Positions 9,169 through 18,989 are shown, counted from the first letter of the stretch. The stretch is DNA of 64,000 bases from Candidatus Nezhaarchaeales archaeon (GCA_038853715.1 JAWCJE010000004.1:2718-66717), one strand, 5' to 3'. Numbers and translations: made by a program. The notes: generated by a model from the letters alone, not told the origin.

Positions 9169-9530
9169 TAGGCATAGTTAGACAAGATTTACTGGTTAAA
9201 GGTGAGAAGGCTGAATGTATTATTTGATAGCGGTGCTTCAAGGTCTCTCGTCAAAACCGATATTGCACGGGAGATTTCAATACCGAGAAGTTGCTCATTC
9301 AAAGGGAGTTCACAGTAATCGATGGACGTAAGGTCTTCTATAACTATTTTTGCGATTTAATAGTTGAAATTGAAGGGAAAAGGATAGGCATTGAAGCTTT
9401 CCTCGTTGATGACCTACCGGTTCCACTTATTTTCGGAGCCTTAGATATGGAAGCCTATATGATAAAGCTCGACTTAGCTAGAAGGAGGCTTGACCTATCG
9501 GAGTTTACGGGATATATGTTAGCATTATGA
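9169..9530 (+). pseudogene. Retropepsin-like aspartic protease domain, copy 2, with two frameshifts (one is a 1-nt loss in a T-run near 9220)
   Basis: ..LVKGEKAECII / LNVLFDSGASRSLVKTDIAREISIPRS / (K)LLIQREFTVIDGRKVFYNYFCDLIVEIEGKRIGIEAFLVDDLPVPLIFGALDMEAYMIKLDL. Active-site DSGAS. Confidence 0.5.
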
Positions 9531-9573
9531 GGGGGTGAACGAACCCTCTTTTTATAGCTACGGTTTCAACCAA

Positions 9574-9969
9574 TTATACCAATATGGCTTTTAGTCCTAG
9601 CTCCCTCGCTATCCTCACTTGCTTAACGTCGCTTGTCGCTAGCTCCTGGTTTCTCTCCTTCGAGAGAACTATGAATAACGCGTCGTATATTGTTATCCCG
9701 TACTTCGTCGAGGCCTTAAACGCGTCGATCAGATATCTATTTTGGTCTGCAATTGGTAGAGGCCTCTCTTCCACCAGATCCTTAAGGATTTCTACCGCGG
9801 CTTCATAACTCAGATCTCCTTTTACAACTTTCTTCCATAACGCGTTCGCCACCTCTTTTATCGCTAGATCCAGCGTTACCACGCCTTCTAAGACGACCTC
9901 TCTAGCTTTCTCCCATCCTTCCTCGCGTGTGAAGTATTTGATCAAAGTTGATGAGTCAATGACTCTCAC
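9574..9969 (-). CDS. vapC: PIN-domain toxin VapC
   Basis: MRVIDSSTLIKYF N-terminal Asp; ITIYDALFIV; 131 aa; overlaps the upstream antitoxin ORF by 14 nt. Confidence 0.7.
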   Translation of the reverse strand: MRVIDSSTLIKYFTREEGWEKAREVVLEGVVTLDLAIKEVANALWKKVVKGDLSYEAAVEILKDLVEERPLPIADQNRYLIDAFKASTKYGITIYDALFIVLSKERNQELATSDVKQVRIARELGLKAILV

Positions 9970-10198
9970 GGTCCTCCCTCACAGACCTCTCGGAGAAGCC
10001 TACTTCACTCGGCTTCACATCGCTTAAAATAGCGTCCCACTTCTCGATCATCCTCTTAATCTTTACCTTCCGCGCTAGTTCCTCCAAATACTTCCTAACC
10101 TCTTCGCCCACGTCTAAGCCGCCCTCTTCCAACAGCCTCTTAACCTCTTCCCTAACCCTAACACTGATCACCGCGCTCGTAAACATCACCATATTCAT
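9956..10198 (-). CDS. vapB: VapB-like antitoxin (small DNA-binding protein) paired with VapC
   Basis: 80 aa; overlaps the vapC start; paralog of the 18371-18604 product (shared C-terminal ..SERSVREDRESH / ..SKSIVREDRDSG). Confidence 0.55.
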   Translation of the reverse strand: MNMVMFTSAVISVRVREEVKRLLEEGGLDVGEEVRKYLEELARKVKIKRMIEKWDAILSDVKPSEVGFSERSVREDRESH

Positions 10199-10490
10199 TA
10201 TAGTCTACGAATCTATAAACATTTCCGTCTACACGAACAAAAGCGAGGCAGGCTTTTCTCTTGAAAGGTTCGCTTAAAATTGATCGCATGAAGGGGGAAG
10301 GGGTGAAGCCTTCCGTTAAAAGGATCTATGAAGGAGGAGGCTTAGGGAAAGAAGTGTTGAAACAGCTATATGGCGTTAAATGAAGCCTATAACAGCCTCT
10401 GGAAGCCTTCAACATTATTAAAACTAATATCCATATACGCCGTCAGAATAAGGGACCTAGCCATGAGGGGTATGATTAAGCGCAAAGCTA

Positions 10491-11195
10491 TCATTTTGAC
10501 CGTTTAGCGAGCATATGATCTAGGCATGCTTTAACGCATATACCGCACTGAAGCCCTTTAAGGGTTTTAGCCATGTACGAGTAGCAGCTCAACTTGTCGA
10601 TGGAGCGTCCCCTTAAAGGGTCGTATACGGGATCCTTAAGCGCACCGCTTGGGCAAGCTTCAATACACGTTTTACATTGATCGCAGAGGTCGCCTTCAAT
10701 AAGGGGGTCGCTTTCTAGTGGCGCGTTGGTAACTATGGAGGTAAAGCGTACCCTAGGCCCGTACCTCTCGGTTATAACGAGGTTACTTAAGCCGAACCTA
10801 CCTAATCCGGCGGCTACGGCTACGTGTTTATGTGAAATATCGCCAGCTTGCTTATCCGTATCGTACGGGGAGCTGGCGGGGAAGGGTATAGCGGCGTACC
10901 CTAGCTCCGCCTCCACAAAGGAAGCTATGCTGTAAGCTGCAGCATCTAACTTAGCGTTTACTACGTTGTAGTTTAATACGTACTCCCTTCGGCTTTTTGG
11001 AAGCATCCTTACGACGTACTCGTTTAGGGGTATACCGATGGATATTACGCTTCGCGCATCGGGTAGGTAGTCCGTAGGCCTATATCCTTCGGGGGCCTCC
11101 ATAAGCCTTTCAACAGAGGCTATCCCTACGAGGGATACGTTCAAGCTTGAAGCGAATAGCTTCACCTTTTCAGTTAGCCTCGCTTCGCTTATCAC
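10491..11195 (-). CDS. 4Fe-4S dicluster protein with DUF1730-like N-terminal domain (QueG/reductive-dehalogenase-associated type)
   Basis: CDQCKTCIEACP and CGICVKACLD ferredoxin motifs; N-terminal LVGIASVERL...DYLPDARSVISIG. Confidence 0.5.
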   Translation of the reverse strand: MISEARLTEKVKLFASSLNVSLVGIASVERLMEAPEGYRPTDYLPDARSVISIGIPLNEYVVRMLPKSRREYVLNYNVVNAKLDAAAYSIASFVEAELGYAAIPFPASSPYDTDKQAGDISHKHVAVAAGLGRFGLSNLVITERYGPRVRFTSIVTNAPLESDPLIEGDLCDQCKTCIEACPSGALKDPVYDPLRGRSIDKLSCYSYMAKTLKGLQCGICVKACLDHMLAKRSK

Positions 11196-11530
11196 GCGTT
11201 TAAGCTAAGCGCTTCAACTATTTAAACGCGGGGTTTAGCATGGAGAACCTAGCAACTTAACGTGGAGCTTACGTTAAACTTTCAACATAATGTTGGGCTC
11301 ATCGCGAAATTCAATCATTGCCTAGTTAACCATTCGCTGAAAGACTTTACAATAGGTTCACTAAAAACAGCTTCATCTTCAGGAAGCATTAAGAAAAATG
11401 ATGGGCTATTACGAACACCGTTGAAGCGACGTAATAAATATATGTTGGAGTATTTAGGTAGGCGTAAACTTATAAGAAGTTTAATTGAGGGAGGAGGGTG
11501 CGGAAACGCTTAACACTCCTCTGGTTTACC

Positions 11531-11674
11531 ATGCTTCTAGTTCTCAACTACGCTTTACCTTACACCTTTCTTACGGGCTATCAAAAGGTGGCTGGCGCCT
11601 ATCTTTTCTGGCCGTTGATAACGTTAACGGTGGCTTTCTCCTGCTTTATGTTAATGCGTAGGTGGAAGGGTTAA
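11531..11674 (+). CDS. Possible 47-aa membrane peptide overlapping the start of the SSS transporter gene
   Basis: ATG..MLLVLNYALPYTFLTGYQKVAGAYLFWPLITLTVAFSCFMLMRRWKG. Small hydrophobic ORFs often precede solute:Na symporter genes. Weak. Confidence 0.2.
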   Translation: MLLVLNYALPYTFLTGYQKVAGAYLFWPLITLTVAFSCFMLMRRWKG

Positions 11675-13167
11675 GGATGGTGGACCCACTACTCCTCGTA
11701 ACCGTTATAGCTGTTTACTTCGGCTCGATGGCGTTAATCGCGCACTACGGCAGGTTGAAGACCGGCCCGGGCGTTGAAGAATACTACATAGCCGGAAGGA
11801 AGGCAACGGGCGTCGTAGCCGCCTTAACCTACGCCGCTACAACTTACAGCGTGTTCATGATGGTTGGACTGGTAGGTTTAACCTACGCTTACGGCGTCGG
11901 AGCCTTAGGCTTCGAGCTTACCTACCTTCTAGCAACCGTCCTCCTACTAACAATCTTCGCCCCAAGGTTTTGGGTAGCGGGTAGAAAGTGGGGCTATATT
12001 ACTCCAACCCAACTCTTAGCGGATCGATATCGGAGTAGAAGCGTAGGTATTGTTGCCACCATCATATGCCTCGCCTTCCTCATCCCGTACATGTCCATCC
12101 AGGGGATGGGCTCAGCCTACCTACTCGAAGAGTTATCGGGTGGAGTAATGCCTTACGCGGTCGGTTTAACCGTAGTTATAGCTTTAATATCGATCTGCGC
12201 CCTCTGGGGCGGCTTTAGGGGTGTAGCGTGGACCGACTCGGTCCAAGGGATTATCATGCTCGTTACCTCCCTTTACCTGCTATTCTACCTTTTATACGCC
12301 TACCTAGGCGGATGGACTGGCTTCGTAAACATCATGGAGTCTAGATACCCCGCGCTACTATCCGTCCCCGGGCCTGGCTTCTTCTCGTTCCCGAAGTTCT
12401 TGGAGCTCACCGTTCCATGGTTCTTCTTCGCCTTAACCAATCCTCAGGTTTCACAACGCCTCTTCGTTTCAAGATCCGTAAGCTCCTTAAAGGTTATGGT
12501 GGTCGGCTTCTTCATCTTCGGCTTCCTCTACACGATGATCACGGTGACGCTCGGCCTTATGGCTAGAGCCCTAGGAGTTGAAGCTCGACCTCCGGATAGG
12601 GCTATGCCTATCATCCTCGGTACCATGGTGCCTCCTCCGTTAGCCCTCATAGTTATGCTGGGAATACTTTCAGCCGGCGTTACAACCGTTGACTCCATAT
12701 TATTATCGCTTGGATCCATGGTTGGAAGGGATGTCTACGCCTCCTTAAGCAGGAAGCCTTCGGAAAAAGTTGAAATGAGGATAGGGTACGTCGTGATACT
12801 TATCGAGGCGCTTTTAATCTGGATTTTCGCAATGCAAAGGCCGGGTTTAATATCGCTTTTAGCCGTTATGTCCTCCGGATGTCTCCTAGCGCAGCTACCA
12901 GCCATCGTAGGCGCCTTCTTCTGGAGGAGAGGTACAGCCGCGGGGGCGCTAACCAGCATGGTTATTGGAGGCGTAACCACGAGCCTCCTTTACTACTATG
13001 GACTGTCGCCGATGGGCTTCGGCCCTCCGATCTGGGGCCTCGCGTTTACCGCTGCGATCTACGTACTCGTTAGCCTAGTGAGCGAACGCCCAGCGACCGC
13101 AGACGCATTCATCGAGGAGGTTGAAAAGGGTGTTAGAGAGGCTATTTTCAAGGAGGAAAAGGGTTGA
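11662..13167 (+). CDS. Sodium:solute symporter (SSS family) transporter
   Basis: 501 aa, 13-14 TM segments, SSS-type N-terminal region (YYIAGRK..GVVAALTYAATTYS). Confidence 0.7.
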   Translation: MEGLRMVDPLLLVTVIAVYFGSMALIAHYGRLKTGPGVEEYYIAGRKATGVVAALTYAATTYSVFMMVGLVGLTYAYGVGALGFELTYLLATVLLLTIFAPRFWVAGRKWGYITPTQLLADRYRSRSVGIVATIICLAFLIPYMSIQGMGSAYLLEELSGGVMPYAVGLTVVIALISICALWGGFRGVAWTDSVQGIIMLVTSLYLLFYLLYAYLGGWTGFVNIMESRYPALLSVPGPGFFSFPKFLELTVPWFFFALTNPQVSQRLFVSRSVSSLKVMVVGFFIFGFLYTMITVTLGLMARALGVEARPPDRAMPIILGTMVPPPLALIVMLGILSAGVTTVDSILLSLGSMVGRDVYASLSRKPSEKVEMRIGYVVILIEALLIWIFAMQRPGLISLLAVMSSGCLLAQLPAIVGAFFWRRGTAAGALTSMVIGGVTTSLLYYYGLSPMGFGPPIWGLAFTAAIYVLVSLVSERPATADAFIEEVEKGVREAIFKEEKG

Positions 13168-13490
13168 ACCCTTTTGAAGTCCTCTTAAGGGGTTTGCCTC
13201 CGTAAATGATGGAGTTCTTGAATATCATGTGTACCTTTAAGGGTGGGGTTAAACGTTTAATCGGCGTGGAAGGGCTTAAGCCGCCGCTTTATGGAGAAGT
13301 TTATTTCTGCTTACGGCTTAACGCGTCCTTCTAATCCTCTTAACTGCGAATTTTACCGCTTAACGTAGCGCTACGAGGTTAATGGGCGTACTTAACTGTT
13401 CGCAGGGACGACGTTGTTAAGGTTGGAGGCTATGGCTTAAGGATATATACTACCACCGTTAACTTACGGTAGGTGGACGAGGTTTAAGGT

Positions 13491-15068
13491 ATGGGTTTAA
13501 GCCTTAGGTCAATATCTGCTTTAAGCTTGATCGCCGCTATGCTGATCGCCGCCTCCTTCTTAGGTTATACTTATGCGGTTGGAGCTTATCAACGAACGGC
13601 TGGATCATCCCCTGAGGCCGTGGGTGTAATTAAGGTCTACGGCCCAATACTATACGGTGAAGACCGTGACTACCTGGTTAGGATGGTTGATTACGCCGTT
13701 AAGAATGACACCATAAAGGCCGTGGTCCTTAAGATAGATTGCCCCGGTGGCTACGTAGATGCTATCGAGGAGGTATACTTTAGCCTACTTAAGCTTAAGG
13801 CTAAGAAGCCCCTAGTATCATCCATTATCGGCTTAGGCGCGTCCGGCGGATACTATATAGCTGTAGCCGCGGACTACGTTTACGCTCTTCCAACCTCGTT
13901 CGTTGGAAACATCGGCGTAATAGCCTTTCTACCCTATAAGGCTTGGCCTTACGAGGACGTAGTGGAAACGGGGCCCTACAAGTTTACCGGTTTCTCTAGG
14001 AAGGAGTTTCCTTCAGCCGTTCAAGGGGTGCTTGAAAGCTTCCTTAAGGCCGTTAAAACTCAGCGGGGGGAGAGGTTACGGTTAAGTAGTGTTGAGCTTT
14101 CGAAGGGGTTAATCTATTTCGGTAGGGAGGCAGCTTTATACGGGCTCGTGGATGAGGTGGGTAGCTCGATGGACGCCGTTAAGAAGGCAGCTGAACTAGC
14201 TGGTTTAGAGAGGTACACCGTGGTCGATGTAAACGAGGCGGTTAAAGGTGGAGGCGTCCTACTAGCTTTAAACGCGCCTTCGGCTTGGAACCTTAAAACC
14301 CTTAAAGCCTTACGCTACCATCCAGCACCTCTTTACATGTACCTACCGGTTGAAGAGTTGATAGTGGAGGCTCCTTGGAACTACTCTAAGGCTCTGCATA
14401 CCTTAACCATGGGCGCCGGTAAACCCGTAGTTGTAGTGGACTACGTTCATCAGAACGCGTTCTTCCCCAATGAGGTAAGCGTATTGATATCTAGGTTAAC
14501 GGCTAGAGGCTGTACCGTTAAATACGCGGTGGAGCCCCAAGGGCTTGAGGAGGCGCTTAAGGAGGCTGTCGCCTACGTGGTTATATCGCCTAGAAGCCCC
14601 TTCAAGGATGAGGAGGTCGAGTTGGTGAAGGACTTCGTTAATAGGGGTGGTAGGCTCCTCTTAGTTCATGAACCGTCTAGAAGCCTTACCAACGGCATAA
14701 ATTCGCTAGCGGCTGAGTTTAACGTCATCTTCGCGAACGGCTACCTCTATAACCTCGAGAAGAACTATGGGAACTACAGGAACATAGTCCTAGATAGCTT
14801 CCGCGGCGACTTAACGAAGGGTGTTGAGAAGCTCGTTTTCTTCACCGCTAGCCACGTTGCGTCGAAGGGCAACGAGGTTGCCTTCGTAGGTAGCGGGACG
14901 ACGTCATCGGAGGGCGAGCTAAGTATGATCTACTCCCCGATCGTATTAGCCGGCTTCGGAAGGGTTTTAGCGATAGGGGATCAGACGTTCCTAGAGGAGC
15001 CTTACTGTTACGCTGAGGATAATTATAGGTTTATCTCTAACGTAGCCGACTTCCTAGTGGGTGGTTAA
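13491..15068 (+). CDS. Membrane-anchored SppA-like (S49) serine peptidase with about 300-aa C-terminal extension of unknown function
   Basis: N-terminal TM; IKAVVLKIDCPGGYVDAIEEVY...GLGASGGYYIAVAADYVYALPTSFVGNIGV is the S49/ClpP-fold signature; C-terminal half has no assignable motif. Confidence 0.6.
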   Translation: MGLSLRSISALSLIAAMLIAASFLGYTYAVGAYQRTAGSSPEAVGVIKVYGPILYGEDRDYLVRMVDYAVKNDTIKAVVLKIDCPGGYVDAIEEVYFSLLKLKAKKPLVSSIIGLGASGGYYIAVAADYVYALPTSFVGNIGVIAFLPYKAWPYEDVVETGPYKFTGFSRKEFPSAVQGVLESFLKAVKTQRGERLRLSSVELSKGLIYFGREAALYGLVDEVGSSMDAVKKAAELAGLERYTVVDVNEAVKGGGVLLALNAPSAWNLKTLKALRYHPAPLYMYLPVEELIVEAPWNYSKALHTLTMGAGKPVVVVDYVHQNAFFPNEVSVLISRLTARGCTVKYAVEPQGLEEALKEAVAYVVISPRSPFKDEEVELVKDFVNRGGRLLLVHEPSRSLTNGINSLAAEFNVIFANGYLYNLEKNYGNYRNIVLDSFRGDLTKGVEKLVFFTASHVASKGNEVAFVGSGTTSSEGELSMIYSPIVLAGFGRVLAIGDQTFLEEPYCYAEDNYRFISNVADFLVGG

Positions 15069-15825
15069 CGTGTTAAGGATAAGTATGGTTAAACTAGCGG
15101 CTTTAACGCTCGTAGTAGGCTTATTAGCCGGGGCCTTCATAGGCTGGTTGGCGTGGTCCGCGGTTGGTCAGCCTAAGATCTCCGGACTTGAGGAGCGTAT
15201 GCTTGAACTTAATGAACGTATTTCTAGTTTAGAAGCTGAAAATAAGGAGTTAAAGGCTAGGATTTCCGATTTAAACGTAGAGCTCGTTAACTCCCGGCTT
15301 AACCTATCCGAGGAGCGGGATAAGGTAGCCGCGTTGAAAGCCCGCCTAGTTGAAGCTGAGGATCGCGCTAAAAAACTTGGAGAAGACCTCTTAAAGGTTG
15401 AAGGGGAGTTGGAGAAGCTTAAGGGTAGGCTAGCCAAGTTGAATACTACTGCCTTCGAGAACGCGTTAATCCAGCTGGGGAAGGATTTAACGTTCCTAGG
15501 GAAACTACGTGAGGGGCTAACGGTTAAGGCCATTAGCCTTGACCAGGAGTTAAGGCTTTGGGAGGAGGTTCGCGAGTTAAGCGTTAACGTGGATCCAGCC
15601 CTCCCAAGCCGGGTGAGAACGGTTATGAAGAGGGTTGAAGAGCTTTCGGCTTGGAGCTCCAGTCATCCCGGCGTTAACGCTAGTAAGGAGGAGCTAGCCC
15701 TCTGGTATTCTAACGGGGTACGGGTTTTAAGTGCCTACTTAAACGATTACCGCGAGTTTGAGAAGGCCTACCTAGACGCCGTTCAAAGCCATGTTGAAGC
15801 CCTTCTAAAGCTATTTGAGCGTTAA
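15061..15825 (+). CDS. N-terminally membrane-anchored coiled-coil protein, translationally coupled to the SppA-like gene (8-nt overlap)
   Basis: TM KLAALTLVVGLLAGAFIGWLAW followed by heptad-rich LEERMLELNERISSLEAENKELKARISDLNVELV... Confidence 0.5.
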   Translation: MVNVLRISMVKLAALTLVVGLLAGAFIGWLAWSAVGQPKISGLEERMLELNERISSLEAENKELKARISDLNVELVNSRLNLSEERDKVAALKARLVEAEDRAKKLGEDLLKVEGELEKLKGRLAKLNTTAFENALIQLGKDLTFLGKLREGLTVKAISLDQELRLWEEVRELSVNVDPALPSRVRTVMKRVEELSAWSSSHPGVNASKEELALWYSNGVRVLSAYLNDYREFEKAYLDAVQSHVEALLKLFER

Positions 15826-15835
15826 AGGCGTATCG

Positions 15836-16144
15836 TTAACCCATCTTAAAGCCGAGCCCTAAGCCTACTACGAAGCCTCCTACCATCGGTATGTTAGCCG
15901 TTAGGAAGCTGGGAAGAGTAAAGCCTCCCTGGGCTAAGCTCGATAGGCCTTCGAAGGCCTTTGAAAACTTCTCGTAATGTATGGTTATGAAGCCATTGTA
16001 GGCGAGGTACATTAACGATATGAAGTATAAACCTAGGAAGACCAGGAAAAGCTTCATCAGCTTCTTAAAGGCGTAGCCGACAATGAAGCCTAAAACACCG
16101 CCGAACCCTAACTGCGTAATTAGATGAGTTATTTCCTCGGCCAA
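15836..16144 (-). CDS. Small membrane protein, FUN14-like
   Basis: 102 aa; GFGGVLGFIVGYAF glycine-zipper TM plus a second TM. Confidence 0.4.
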   Translation of the reverse strand: MAEEITHLITQLGFGGVLGFIVGYAFKKLMKLFLVFLGLYFISLMYLAYNGFITIHYEKFSKAFEGLSSLAQGGFTLPSFLTANIPMVGGFVVGLGLGFKMG

Positions 16145-16329
16145 GCCTTACACCCGGAAACCCGCTTTAAACCTAATGGTTCTTAAGCCTTATTTTAATC
16201 TTTTACTTATACCGGGCTTAACGGTCGACGCTTAAGGGTCCTTGAAGGAGGAACTCCTTACGATCGTTGAAGCGTTGATTACACATTAAGGCTTAATTAA
16301 GCCTTCAAGGCATAAGTACGGGGGTCTAC

Positions 16330-18114
16330 TTGAAGCCTCCACCGCTATGGGAGGTTTTCCCGGAGTTAGTGGCAACGGCGATGGGCCGTGTAAAAGCGGA
16401 CTTCGTAGTTCAAAACGCGACTCTAATCGACGTTTACAGCGGCGAATTGATTGAGGGGGTTAACGTAGCTATTAAACGTGGTAGGATAGCTTCGGTGAGC
16501 CGCGTAGGAAGCGTGGCCGGCGGTGAAGTATTGGAGGCTGATGGCGCCTATCTAGCTCCGGGCTTTCTTGACGGGCACGTTCACGTTGAAAGTAGTATGC
16601 TTACACCTACAGGCTTCGCTAAAGCGGTGCTTCCACGAGGTACTACGGGCGTCTTCATGGATCCGCATGAAATAGCTAACGTTTTAGGCGTGGAAGGGGT
16701 TAAGCTGATTATTGAGGAGTCTAAACGGTTGCCGTTAAGGTTTTTCGTATTAATACCTTCATGCGTACCGGCTTCAACCCCTGAACTTGAAACGTCGGGG
16801 GCTGGGGTAAGCGTTAAGGACGTAGAGGAACTATTAAAACTGGATGAGGTTGTAGGGTTAGCCGAGGTGATGAACTACCCAGGCGTACTGGCTGGAGACA
16901 ATAAGCTTCACGGGGAGATCCAAGCTAGTTTAAGGGCTGGCAAGGTGGTTGATGGCCACTGCATCGGGCTATCCGACTTGGAATTATCGGCGTACGTGGC
17001 TTCAGGTATATCCTCCTGTCATGAATCCACGGGCCTCGATGAAGCGTTAGGGAAGGTTAGGCTAGGCATGTACGTAATGGCTAGGGAGGGATCGGCTTGG
17101 CGTGATTTAGCCGAGGTATTAAAGGTTGTAACGAGGATGAAGGTAGACCCGCGCCGCGTAATACTAGTAACCGATGATAGGAGCCCGAAGGACCTATTAA
17201 CCGAGGGACACGTGGACTTCCTAGTTAGAAGGGCTATCGAGGAAGGTGTAGACCCTGTAACCGCCATCCAGATGGTTACGTTAAACACCGCCGAACGCTT
17301 TAAGGTTGACGGAGATCTAGGCGGTATAGCGCCGGGTAGGTATGCTGATCTAGTACTCCTAAGAGGCCTTGAAAGGGTTGAAGTGGACACCGTAATCGTT
17401 AACGGGGAAGTAGTAAGTAGGGGGGGTAAGCTACTCGTTGAGCTTAAACCTCCACCCCTCCCCGAACGAGTAAGGAGGACGGTTAAACTTAAGCGGTTTT
17501 TAACGCCCGACGACTTTAAGGTTAAAGCTTCGAAGGATACTGGGAAGGTTAAAGTTAGAGTGATAAGGGTTATTGAGGGGAAGGCTTTAACCGAGGCCCT
17601 AGTAGAACCCCTACCGGTTAAGGATGGCTTCATTACCCCCGGCGTTGAAGACGGCGTGGCTAAGGTGGCCGTGGTTGAACGTCATGGGCTTACGGGCGGT
17701 ATAGGGCTAGGCTTCGTTAAAGGCTTCAACCTGAAGATGGGGGCCGTGGCTTCGACCGTCGCTCACGATAGCCATAATCTAGTGGTAGTAGGCGTAAACG
17801 ACGGCGACATGGCAGCCGCCGTTAACCGACTGGTAGAGCTAGGAGGCGGGATTATAGCCGTTTACAACTCGAAAACTATAGGCCTCGTCGAACTACCCGT
17901 AGCCGGGTTAATGTCGGATAAGGATCCCGAAGTAGTGGTTAAAGAGGTTGAAGGGTTGGAGGAGGCTTGGCGTAACCTAGGATCCACCGTAGCCTCACCC
18001 TTCATGCTTATGTCGCTCCTTGCCCTACCAGTAATACCGAAGCTAAGGATCACCGATAAAGGGTTAGTACTGGTTGAACCTGAGGGGGCTAAACTGGTAA
18101 GCCTCGAGGTTTAA
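16330..18114 (+). CDS. ade: Adenine deaminase (amidohydrolase superfamily)
   Basis: 594 aa; ADFVVQNATLIDVYSG..VAIKRGRIASV..APGFLDGHVHVESSML metal-binding HxH; length and domain order typical of Ade. Confidence 0.8.
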   Translation: MKPPPLWEVFPELVATAMGRVKADFVVQNATLIDVYSGELIEGVNVAIKRGRIASVSRVGSVAGGEVLEADGAYLAPGFLDGHVHVESSMLTPTGFAKAVLPRGTTGVFMDPHEIANVLGVEGVKLIIEESKRLPLRFFVLIPSCVPASTPELETSGAGVSVKDVEELLKLDEVVGLAEVMNYPGVLAGDNKLHGEIQASLRAGKVVDGHCIGLSDLELSAYVASGISSCHESTGLDEALGKVRLGMYVMAREGSAWRDLAEVLKVVTRMKVDPRRVILVTDDRSPKDLLTEGHVDFLVRRAIEEGVDPVTAIQMVTLNTAERFKVDGDLGGIAPGRYADLVLLRGLERVEVDTVIVNGEVVSRGGKLLVELKPPPLPERVRRTVKLKRFLTPDDFKVKASKDTGKVKVRVIRVIEGKALTEALVEPLPVKDGFITPGVEDGVAKVAVVERHGLTGGIGLGFVKGFNLKMGAVASTVAHDSHNLVVVGVNDGDMAAAVNRLVELGGGIIAVYNSKTIGLVELPVAGLMSDKDPEVVVKEVEGLEEAWRNLGSTVASPFMLMSLLALPVIPKLRITDKGLVLVEPEGAKLVSLEV

Positions 18115-18257
18115 ATCCCGGTTCTAGCGTCCTTCATTATCCTATGGATGCTTTCTCCATCCATATTTAGACACGGTAGAACAATTATATTTCCTTGGAC
18201 GGCCTTTAGCACCTTAAGCAGGTTCCATGAGGATTTGGGCTCCTCCTTAGTAACCGT

Positions 18258-18305
18258 GGTAGGCGTTAATGAAGCTATGAGGATTATTCAGCTATTTAAG
18301 GAGTA
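18258..18305 (+). repeat. 48-bp exact copy of an internal vapC coding segment (identical to 18746-18793), placed about 65 nt upstream of vapB
   Basis: ggtaggcgttaatgaagctatgaggattattcagctatttaaggagta occurs twice, 488 bp apart. Confidence 0.8.
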
Positions 18306-18370
18306 ACTTCTAAAGTAGTGTATCGTCAAGTTTTTATAGGTATACTTTACGGTATATTTCGTGGTAAACC

Positions 18371-18604
18371 GTGAGCGCTGTTGTAAGTGTTAAGGTTAAG
18401 ATGGACGTAAAGGATAAGATGCTTAGATATAAGGATAAGGTTAATTGGGCTGAAGAAATTAGAAGGTTCATTGAGGAGAGGATAAGACAAATCGAGGCTG
18501 AGGATAGTTTTAGAAGGATATTTGGCGAGCTTAAGAACGCTTCATGGAGTGTTCCAAGAGGGTTTTCTAAGAGTATTGTGAGGGAGGATCGTGATAGTGG
18601 TTGA
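18371..18604 (+). CDS. vapB: VapB-like antitoxin (paralog of 9956-10198)
   Basis: 77 aa; 14-nt overlap with the downstream PIN gene. Confidence 0.55.
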   Translation: MSAVVSVKVKMDVKDKMLRYKDKVNWAEEIRRFIEERIRQIEAEDSFRRIFGELKNASWSVPRGFSKSIVREDRDSG

Positions 18605-18989
18605 TGCAACCGCCGTAATAGCCTTCTTCCTACGTGAAGAAGGTTGGTTGAAGCTATCGGAGTATATGTCTACGGCAATATCTTTAGACCACGTAGTTAA
18701 GGAGTTTTATAATGCGGTCTGGAAAGCACTACGTTTAAGAAAAGCGGTAGGCGTTAATGAAGCTATGAGGATTATTCAGCTATTTAAGGAGTACTTGAAG
18801 CGAAATATGATTTTAGAGGATGAAAGGAACCATATAGATTCAGCCTTTAAGATAGCAGTAGAGAATGAAATAACGATTTACGATTCACTATACATAGCTT
18901 TAGCGCAAAGCATACATAAACCCCTACTTAGCCTTGACGAGAAGCAGAGAACGGTAGCGCAGAAATACGATGTAAAAGTTCTTCCCTAG
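18591..18989 (+). CDS. vapC: PIN-domain toxin VapC (paralog of 9574-9969)
   Basis: MIVVDATAVIAFF...ITIYDSLYIALA; 132 aa. Confidence 0.7.
   Translation: MIVVDATAVIAFFLREEGWLKLSEYMSTAISLDHVVKEFYNAVWKALRLRKAVGVNEAMRIIQLFKEYLKRNMILEDERNHIDSAFKIAVENEITIYDSLYIALAQSIHKPLLSLDEKQRTVAQKYDVKVLP

Noticed and set aside
11262-11513. 83-aa ORF upstream of the SSS transporter
   Set aside because: No motif, poor start context, overlaps likely promoter region.
17019-17633. 204-aa minus ORF inside the adenine deaminase gene, and similar antisense ORFs (6860-7270, 15168-15533, 57954-58532, 55420-55908, 38428-38742 and others)
   Set aside because: Ser/Thr/Pro-rich antisense frames fully embedded in well-supported genes.
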